Positions 26,201-36,800 of a stretch of DNA of 64,000 bases are shown here, in pieces. A program made the translations under genes and the position numbers. Below the pieces are notes generated by a model, which saw only the letters and a program-made list of their open reading frames with translations, was not told the origin of the DNA and did no database searches. Origin of the DNA: Lingula anatina (taxonomy: Eukaryota; Animalia; Brachiopoda); the NCBI GenBank assembly GCA_051362555.1, contig CM120640.1, forward strand, positions 15,128,001 through 15,192,000, in the 5' to 3' direction. Position 1 is the first letter of the stretch; each line of letters opens with the position of its first letter.

Positions 26201-29200
26201 TCATTTGTCATATTTCATATTTTTCGAAGTTTGGGCTTTAAGCTATTAATTTTTTTACATTGCAATCACTGTCATAATTTTATGTTATATCTGGCCTCAT
26301 CTTATGTCATTTTTTCTTGCTCGAGGCATTTTGCACTCACTTGATTTACCCTTTGATATATACCATTATTAGTATCTCAAAGATAACGTTATAATGGCTT
26401 CTCTGTGTGGAAGGACTGTGTGGTTGAAAGGGTTAAACAAGAAGTGTGCAAGGAAAGATATTGAAAGGATGTTATACAAAGAAGGTTTTGAGTATGACCA
26501 CATTGCATTTCAGGGAAGATGTGCTGCTTTAGTGTTTAGAGTGCATTTCCGCAGAACAATTCATTAACCACGCTGACGCGGGACTGTACATAAAAGGTAC
26601 TAAAGTTAAGGCATCGTCTCCAGCGCCGACAGAGGAGATGTTTATGGTGAGATTATTCGGGTTTACAGGTGACGAAGAATTAACCAAAGCGCAGGAAGCT
26701 CCAAAGGCCTCGCAAAGGGGTACGCGACCTAAAAATTCGAGTGCTTGTTTACATGGTCCAAGATCGATATCTTCTGAGGATGACGGAGAAGTCGCAGTCT
26801 CAGATAAAATTTCGAATCTTCCGTATTCATGCACTGAAAAGACTGATGTTTCTATTCATTCTGTTGGACCTCCTAGAATTACCTTGTTTTCGGGAGAAAG
26901 CGGCAAGGGCGAAGTCACATATAATCAGTGGAGGTTTGAAGTGATAGCATTACTAGGTGATCGTGTTTTTTCCGAACCGATTATTTTACAAGCAATCCGT
27001 AAATCAGTTCGAGGATCAGCAGCCGATGCTTTAATGCATTGCGGGGAAGGAGCTTTTGTCAACACAATATTGCAGAAATTTGACAGTATTTTTGGAGACG
27101 TGGTACCCGTTGCATGGGAAAAGTTTTACTCAGCAACCCAATACTCTAATGAGAAAGTTGTTAATTGGGCTTCTCGTTTAGAAGCATATTTTGATACAAT
27201 TAGTAGAGTAGATCCAGAGTTAGGGAAGGAAAAAAACGTGATAGAATTTTACGTTCGAAATTTTTCTCTGGATTGTTTTCAGTCAACGTTAAGCATGCAT
27301 TGAGGCATCATTACCATTCCGGAGAAACTTTTCAGGAATTGATGGTAAGTGCATGTGTGGCAGAATTAGAATTTTCAGGCTCCCGTGAAACTTCCTCATA
27401 CCAAGGTAAGCCTCAGTCTGATGTTTCCGTAGACTTGATGAAAAAAGTAGATATGTTAGCTTCTCGCATATCAGATTTAGAGCACTCTGATCCAAATGAC
27501 ATTTCTCAACGGAAAAATTGTGTTTATGAAGACAAAGATGAAATTTTCTCTGTCTTAGAAATGAATAGGAATTTAGATTTGTTGGTGTCGGGCATGGAAA
27601 AAATCGGCCGTCGGGTAAGTGATTTGGAGGAAAAAATGAGTGAGTCACAGAACAGAAATGCAAAGCCAATTGTTTGCTTTAAGTGTAATCAGGAAGGACA
27701 TATTTCTTCCAGGTGCCCTTTAAACGCACAAGGGTCGTCGATTCCGGGGCCCAGACCCTCGACCCAGTAAAGCGGGCCACGATTATTGGTAAAGTAAATG
27801 AAACAAAGGTGTGTGTTGATGGTATAGCATGTAATGCGTTGATAGATACCGGTTCAATGATTTCAACTGTATCAGAACATTTCGTGAAAGAGTGGTTAGG
27901 GAGAGAAATTATCCCTTTAAAAGATGTGTTGAATGTAGAATCGGCAGGGGGACAGATAGTACCTTATTTAGGATCTGTTGAAGTATATGCAACGGTTCAC
28001 TACAAAGTCTATTTCTCTTTGTTCTTATTTATTCCATACCATCTGTAAATATATAAAGAGCGATGAGCAAAGAAGAATGTGCGATCATCATAATAATGTT
28101 ATTAATAGCTATAATCTTAATATATAATAAGTATAATAATAATAATGATAATATTCATAAAAGAATTAAACTATTGACCACGTACCTGTAAATATATAAA
28201 GAGCGATGAGCAAAGAAGAATGACAGAAAAAGGGCAGCGACGATATTTATAAGCGACGAAAGGCGGGAAAGATGACCAATGGGAATGAGAGAGTAAGATG
28301 ACGCCCACGTGACAAAACAAAAGACGAACACGAATGAAGAAAATACATTCATACGGCTACATAATGATGCAAAATAGGTCATTTTGTCAATTTTGATGCA
28401 ATATGCTTATAATAGCACTGTTAGTCAACACTGAATTTTAATCATGCACAACAGGTAACATGGTCAATAACAGGAGCGGACCCAGAGATATTTTCTGACA
28501 GTATTCCAAAGTATCTTTGTTGATCCATCCTCCATTTTGATGGTCTTCCAACAGAAAAAAAATAAATATCGGTCAATATAAACTTAAAAACCCGACCATC
28601 TTCCGGAAGACCCAAAAGATGGTCTCAATCCATCCCTTCAATAAGATTACACTTTCAGGACCATGAGAATTCAAATTCACATGATGAAAGTCCCAATATT
28701 TGAACAAGGCAGCAAAGCTGTCAAATGTACAGACAAAAAACAGAAAATAAAGATGCAAAAAAGGTCATTTTGTCAATTTTGATGCAATAATAAATAATGC
28801 TTATAATAGCACTGTCAGTCAACACTGAATTTTAATCTTGCACAACAGGTAACATGGTCAATAACAGGAGCGGACCCAGAGATATTTTCTGACAGTATAA
28901 CAAAGTATCTATGTTGATCCATCCTCCATTTTGATGGTCTTCCAACAGAAAAAAATAGATACCAGTCAATATAAACTTAATAACCTGACTGTCTTCCGGA
29001 AGACCCAGAAGATGGTCCACCCCTTCAATAAAATTACAGTTTCAGGACCATGAGAGTTCAAATTCACATTATGAAACTTTCAATATTTGAAAAATGATGA
29101 CAGTGCATAAAATAATATTACATAATGTTTAAAGACATAAAAAACAATACAACTGCTTATGTGGAAATACAGAAAATGTGCAGAGCCCCAGGCAGATGAG

Positions 29201-29539
29201 AGTTAAAAGTCACAAATGCAAGTGTTTGAGAAAAAATTATAAAGGAAAACATAACAAAGCTAGAAAAGCACTTTGAGAGTGCAGACCTCTGCCAAGGCAG
29301 CAATTGTTGATTATTATTGATAATTGATTGATTATTGTTCCAGACCACCACCAAAAATTAATCATTGTCCTCTTTGGCCCACTTCCGACATTTCCTGAAA
29401 ATTTCTGCAAAATCAGTCCATAACTTTTTGTGTTATGTGGATGACAGACAAACGGGGGTGAAAATATGACCTCCTTGGCAGAGCTTGAGGTAAATATAAT
29501 TCCAATGAAGATGCTATTCAAACTTTTAATCTTCCAGTT

Positions 29540-29610
<71 letters not shown>

Positions 29611-32591
29611 AAAACTTATTTGCAATATTAAACAAAATTTACCTGCATAATTATCACTGCTTCCTTATTATTAATCTAGCAGAGAGCTTTACCTTTGGGA
29701 GTTTACAGGGAAATATCAACAAGTGTGCTTTATGTAATCTCATTTAATGGCCTATTAAGGCAAATGACTTTATAACTCTGAAATTAATCTAGTGATACCC
29801 AAGGGTAATTTACAGACTGACCCACTCAAAGGTCTTTAGGCCCATAAGTCACACTTTAAGAAAAGCACAAAACCATAATGCCCAAAATAGGAGACTACCA
29901 ATCCTGATGCAATAATACATTATGTTTAACTGCACAGTCAACATCAACATATGCACAACAGGTAACACAGACGAAATTAAAAGCATAAGGCTTCAGGCCC
30001 ATCGGAGTTCAAGTTTATACTTAGAAAGTGCCAGAATGAGAAAAATGAAAATTTCACAAAAAATGCATAAATTCAATAAAAATGATAATCCAATAGAGCT
30101 GGTTTTCTCATATGAGCTGAAGGCCAATCCTAAAAATCGTACTTGTAAGTTAAAAATGATAATAAGTAGCACAGTTTTCTTTTCATAATGTTTGCAGTAG
30201 CAGTGCAAAAAGATTGTTGTCAATTTTGATGTAACATTACATAATAAATTAGAGAATAATTATCACCAATTTTCGTTTATTGACTATAAATAGGATGGAC
30301 ATGTAGAAAATATGATTACCATTCGGCTTCATGTCCATGGGAGCTCTGAGTCCCACAATGAATATGCCAAAAAGATAATGAATATTACACTAAAATGTAT
30401 AGCTTCCAGAAAAAGAAGCCAATTAGACTGCTTTTCCAACTCAGGCTGCATTTTAGTCCTGTGTTTCTTTTTTGAAAGTTTGACAGTCATAAGTAACACA
30501 GTTTTCCCATAATGGTCATCAAAGCAGCAGCACCCAAAATTGTGTTTTCTTCTATTTTGATGCAACATTACATAATGCTTAATGGCATAATGACCATCGA
30601 TTTTTAATAATAAAATATAAGTGTCATGAATTTTCAGAAAATGTGACTAGCATGGGTCTTCAAGCCCGTGGAGGTTCTAAGTCACACCTTGGAAATGCCA
30701 ATATGTGAAAAATTACATATTCACAAAAAACTGTTTAATTGCCAGAAAAATTTACCAAACAGACTGCATTGCCTACTGAAGCTGTATTTTAGATCCATGT
30801 TTCTTTCCTGTAAGTTTGAGAACAGTAATTGACACGATTTTCCTTAAATGGTCATCATGGGAGCAGTGCCCAAAACAGGGGTTTCTTCAAATTTTGATGC
30901 AACATTACATAATGTTTAACAGCATAATGACCATCAATTTTTAATTATAAAATATTAGTATCATGGTTATTCAGAAAATGTGACTAGCAAAAGTCTTCAG
31001 GCCCATGGAACTTTAAAGTCACATATTGAAAATGCCAAAATGTAAACAAGACAGCACTGTTCTGAAATGGGTTTATTTCCATTTTTAACACTATTTTAAC
31101 ATAAAACAAAATAAACAGTTTACTGCCATTTTTATATGACCAATGAAGAAAATTGATGAGATGGGAAAAGTATCAATAGAACAGTGTTAAATGTCCAACT
31201 TCCTCCATTCTGAGATTCTGAACATAGTGGATGAATGCATCTGACAAACTGCAATGATATGAGTTTATTTCCATTTTTGACACTTTATTACACAATACAC
31301 GATAATAAGTTTACCATCATTTTTACATATTCAGCTAAAAATGTTGTAAAGATGCAGGAAATATCAAACAAACTCTTTTACATTTCTTATTAGTTCAATT
31401 ATGAGACTGTTAACATGCCTAAGAATTGAATCTGAGGAATTGTGAAAAAACAGCATAACTCCTAAAATAATGGCCCGATTATACTGATTTTTGAACTCAA
31501 CCTGCATTTTAGTAAGATTGACCACTCCTGTGAGTACAATGACAATTGGCCAATCTGTTTTTCTTATATTGTGTTTACGGTGTTGCATATATGCTGAAAA
31601 AAGTGAAAAAAAAGCATAACTTCCCTAAAAATTACCCGATCATGCTGATTTTCGAACTTAACCGGCGTATTATGAATATCCATCAGTACTGTAAGTTTCA
31701 AGCCAAAATGAAATACAGTTTTTCACTTATCGTGTTTACGGTGTTGCATATATGCTGAAAAAAGTGAAAAAAAGCATAACTTCCCTAAAAATTACCCGAT
31801 CATGCTGATTTTCGAACTTAACCGGCGTATTATGAATATTCATCAGTACTGTAAGTTTCAAGCCAAAATGTAATACAGTTTTTCACTTATCGTGTTTACG
31901 GTGTTGCATATATGCTGAAAAAAGTGAAAAAAAAGCATAACTTCCCTAAAAATGGCCCGATCATGCTGATTTTCGAACTTGACCGGCGTCTAATGAATAT
32001 TCATCAGTTCTGTAAGTTTCAAGCCAAAAGGTAAAATGGCTTTTCACTTATCGTGTTTACGGTTAAAGTGCACGCCAACGGCGACGGCGACAGCGACGAC
32101 AGACGCAGATGATGGCTATATGTACAGACACATCTGTGTCTGTACATAAAAATGATGACAGTGCATAAAATAATATTACATAATGTTTAAAGACATAAAA
32201 ACCAATACAACTGCTTATGTGGTAATACAGAAAATGTGCAGAGCCTCAGGCAGATGGGAGTTAAAAGTCACAAATGCCAGTGTTTGAGAAAAAATTAAAA
32301 AGGAAAACATAACAAAACTAGAAAAGCACTCTGAGAGCGCAGACCTCTGCCAAGGCAGCAATTTTTGATAATTATTGATCATTGATAGATTATTGACCCG
32401 AACCACCACCAAAAACTAATCATTGTCCTCCTTGACCCACTTCTGACAGTTCCTGAAAATTTCATCAAAATCAGTCCATAACTTTTTGAGTTATGTTGAT
32501 GACAGACAAACAGGGCTGAAAACATAACCTCCTTGGCAGAGGTAAATATAATTCCAATGAAGCTGCTATTCAAACTTTTAATCTTCCAGTT

Positions 32592-32637
<46 letters not shown>

Positions 32638-33825
32638 GGTAAAGTCTTGAAAATTTCGACGCTTAAAAATTAATTAATATTTTTAATTGAGTAAATCCGA
32701 CTAATTTTTCAAGATTACCTCTCACCGACTCCTGGGTATGACGAAATTTTCAAAAATCCGGCCTTTGGGCTTTTTTCCTTAGCGACTGTTATCTTTGACC
32801 CTCCTATATGGTGGGATATTTATCACTACTTCCTAAGTCATTTTCTGGTGGTAAATAATAATCTATTTATTAGTGCATCTCGATTAAGTTATATTTAACT
32901 TACTGTACCCGAAAACATGTTGAGAATTATTTTCTCGGTAAGAAACATACCTCCTGATAGAGGAGAAGGATCAAGATAAGCCTAATTGCAACCTTGCATC
33001 ATAACCTGGACGCGACGTTAAAAAAATTACGCACATGGGAACGTTTGTTGCATGCAAGGCTTTTCCCAGGATTGAGTGTCAGGCCTTCTAAAAATACCAT
33101 CTGTAACTTCCTAAAAATTTACAGGGAGTTAAATAATGATCTCCCGTTGACGATCTTCCGCAATTTAAGTTCCTTGAACTAATACGAAAACTGCATATTA
33201 TTATTGCTTACATCGCGAACAATCTCCCGATGAAGATGTGAAAATTGCCTATTCGTCTAGCAAGGATCGCGAACGATCTCCCGCTGACGATCTTCCGCGA
33301 ACGAAGTTCCCTAAATCCCTTGAACTAATATGAAGATTGCATTTCATTCTTGCTTACTTCGCGGACCATCTCCCAAAGAAGATATGAAAATTGCCTTTTC
33401 ATCTCGCTCGGATCGCGAACGATCTCCCTCTGACGATCTTACGCGAACAAAGTCCTGACGATAGTACGCAAACGATTCTCCGCCGAAGATATGCCGTGAG
33501 CAGGGAAGGGGGGTTAAAGATAAAACTAAATATATATATTATTTATAATATTCAAAGGGGGAGGCGGGGTTAAAATAATGATCTCCCGCTGACAATCGTT
33601 CGCAAACTAAGTTCCTTGAACTAATATGAAAACTGCATTTTTTTATTGCTTACATCGCGAACAATCTCCCGATGAAGATATGAAAATTGTCTTTACGTCA
33701 AGCTCCCATTGATATGATCTTACGCGAACAAAGTCCTGAGGATATTACGCGAACGATTCTCCGCCGAAGATATACCGTGAGCGGGGGAAGGGGGGGGGGC
33801 GGATCAAAGATCAAATGAAAATCCA

Positions 33826-33870
<45 letters not shown>

Positions 33871-36800
33871 GGGGGGGGGGGGGGGGGAGGGGTCGGGGTC
33901 GGTCTTCCTCATTTAGGACAGCCGCCGATAACAATAAAGGCGTTACAAATGACAAAGACGCGGCCTGTGACTTCTATTTGCCGGCTTGATAACGCACCTT
34001 AAGCCAGGTAATAGTAATGCAACTAAAGACAAAAGGCCGACGTTCCCGCAATTGAGAACGGGAATTCACATCTAAACCATCTATATTGTGAGTAACTGCT
34101 CGCAGGGGCGCACTATTGTTCCTATCTCCCATTGAGAGTGTTATCGGCAATGATATCCTGATCGTATCAGTCTTGAATCAACTGATGCATTACCTTCACG
34201 TTTGAGCAGGACAACGCCGCCATATTTGGTGACGAACTTTTCAAAAATTATCGAGTACCTCATTTTCAAGGTCGACGAAGTTTTCAAAGGGAAAAAAATT
34301 ACGTCGGCGGAAAATCGTCTGTCGACGAAATTTTCAAGAACGACGAAATTTTCAAGACTTTACCGTAACTTCCAGAAAATTAACTAATGAGACAGATTTT
34401 CCAACTGAAGCTGTATTTTAGTCCTATGTTTCTTTCCTTTAAGTGTAAAAAGAGCAAGTGACATGGTTTTCCTTTCACAGTCACTACGGAGGCAGTGCCC
34501 AAAATAGGGTTTTGTTCATTTTTGATGCCATATTACACAATGCTTAACAGCATAATAACCATCAGTTTTTAATGACAAAATAAAACTATCATGGATATTC
34601 ACAAAATGTGTCTAGCCCACAGAGTTCAGACACACTTTGAAAATCCCAAAATCTAAACAAGAGAAACTGAATTGAAAAGAGTTTATTTCCATTTTCAATA
34701 CCTTTTTTTACATAAAAAAAAATAATAATCGATTTACTGTCATTTTTATATGATCAATTAAAATATGTTGTCAAAGGAAAAATATCAATAGAACAAATTT
34801 AAATGTCCAACTTGCTCCATTCTGAGATTCTTAACTTAGTGAATGATGAATCTGACAAACTGCAATGATATGAGTTCCTTTCCATTTTTGATACTTTATT
34901 ACACAATGCACAATAAAAGGTGCACTGTCATTTTTATATAATCAACTAACAATGTTATAAAGATGCAGGAAATGTCAAACAAACACTTTTACGTATCTTA
35001 TTAGTTCAATAATGAGACTGTTAACATGCCTAAGAATTGAATCTGAGGAAATGTGAAAAACAGCATAACTTCTAAGATAATGGCCCGATTATGCTGATTT
35101 TCCAACTCGTCCTACGTTTTAGTAAGATTGACCAGTCCTGTGAGTATAATGACAATTTGCCCGTCTGTTTTTCTTATATTGTGTTATCAGTGCTGCATTT
35201 ATGCTGAAAAAAGTGAAAAAACAGCATAACTTCCCTTAAAATGGCCCGATCATGCTGATTTTCGAACTTGACCTGCGTATTATAAATATTCATCAATTCT
35301 GTAAGTTTCAAGCCAAAAGGTAAAACGGTTTTTCACTTATTGTGTTATTGGTGTTGCATATATGCTGAAAAAAGTGAAAAAACAGCATAACTTCCATAAA
35401 ATTGACCCGATAGCTCTGATTTTCGAACTTGACCTGCATATTATGAATATTCATCAGTTTTATAAGTTTCAAGCCAAAAAGTAAAAAGGGGTTTCACTTA
35501 TCATGTTATTGGTGTTATAATAATGCTAAAAAAAGTTAAAAACAGCATAACTTCCCTAAAAATGGCCCGATCATGCTGATTTTCGAACTTGACCTACGTA
35601 TTATGAATATTCATCAGTTCTGTAAATTTGAATACAAAATGTAAAACGGTATTCCACTTATCGTGTTATCGCTGAGTGCACGGCGACGACAGACACAGGT
35701 GACGGCTATATGTACAGACACATCTGTGTCTGTACATAAAAATTGAAAATCCTGAAAACATTGTGTCCTACTTCTAATTCACTGCTTGCTAGATTAAAGT
35801 TTGGGGGTGGTCGGCTCATGCCTTGATTAAACTACCTCTAATCAAAATAACACGATCCAAGGCTGGGCCCCTGGAGACGTGTTTTGACAGCGCCCCTAGT
35901 TAAAAGCTTTGAGATTGTTTGTGGGATGCTTCAGATTGAGAGTTAATGCTCTAATTCCCTTTGATTTTTCTCTTTCACGTTTGTGTAACGGAGTGATTTT
36001 ATGTATCAGTTTATATTTTTTTATCTGATAGTGTGACTGTTCATAGCCATATACAGCGTACTGCTTTTGGCTAGCATGACGTGAGGTGTCTCACCTCAGC
36101 GTGGTGTAGGAGGCGTCTCACCTCTGTATGAAATTGACCAAAGATAGGAAATAGGTTGTACGGGAAACGTACAACCTGATAGGGGAAGGGGGTGGACTGG
36201 TTGCAGGTCGGTCATCAGCTGCAGAGTCCGAAAGATAGGGGTGTTAGGGGGGTGGTCAGTGCTATATTGCGACAAATGGTTTTCACAAGGGGAAAACCCA
36301 AGTTCTCATCAAAGGTGTCTCGCCTTTGTGAGTGTGTGTCTGCTTGTGCAGATTGTAAATGCACTTATGTGCGAGGACGTCTCGTCCTGACAAAGGTGTC
36401 TCGCCTTTGTATGTGTGTATCTGCTAGCAGATCATAGTGAGAGTGGGGTATCCAGAGAATTAGCCAGAAATGGACTGACTGGGAGTGTAATTATAAAATC
36501 TGGGAGTGTAATAGCAACGAGGTCCAATGGACAGAAACACGGCCAGAGGCCACAGCAGGGGGGTAGAGGGATATGCCCCCCTCCGCAGGTGGGAGTTTGC
36601 GGGTCCTCCCCCAAGAAAATTTGGATTTTGAGAGGCAATTTGGGTCATTCTTGTGATATTTGGATATTAAATTTAACAAAATTTGGCCCTATTAAATGGT
36701 AGTTTTTAATATTGTTTGATCAAGTGCAACACACAATAAGTATGTAGAAAGTATCAGGCAAAAAAATTTCTTTACAACAATGTCACAGTCACACCAATCA

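Larger units (their letters stand above)
19215..28361 (+). mobile_element. Gypsy/Metaviridae-type gag-protease element bounded by inverted LTRs, TSD TAAT
   Basis: TAAT|TGTAGCCG ... CGGCTACA|TAAT; contains LTR, PBS, gag, frameshift signal and protease; no RT, RNase H or integrase. Confidence 0.9.
28703..32152 (+). mobile_element. Family 2 copy B inserted inside family 2 copy A
   Basis: Same start and end hairpin as copy A; about 160-bp array at 31450-32060; A resumes at 32153 with sequence matching B at 29095. Confidence 0.75.
19166..35742 (+). mobile_element. Helentron/HINE-like family 2, outer copy A (host of the Gypsy element, copy B and a TA-1 copy)
   Basis: Start AACAAGGCAGCAAAGCTGTCAAATGTACAGACA; the sequence resumes at 28362 and again at 32153; about 160-bp array at 35050-35670; end hairpin TGTACAGACACATCTGTGTCTGTACATAAAAA. 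Confidence 0.7.

Noticed and set aside
19215-28361. DIRS or Ginger classification of the inverted-repeat element
   Set aside because: No tyrosine recombinase or integrase is present. A tRNA PBS, aspartic protease, gag frameshift and 4-bp TSD point to a Gypsy origin.
36200-36320. Hammerhead ribozyme on the minus strand (CTGATGA / TTGATGA)
   Set aside because: Could not build stem II followed by GAAA or stems I and III by eye
2600-36700. Many 60-120 aa ORFs within repeats
   Set aside because: They recur only because the non-coding repeats recur; none shows transposase, Rep/helicase or RT motifs
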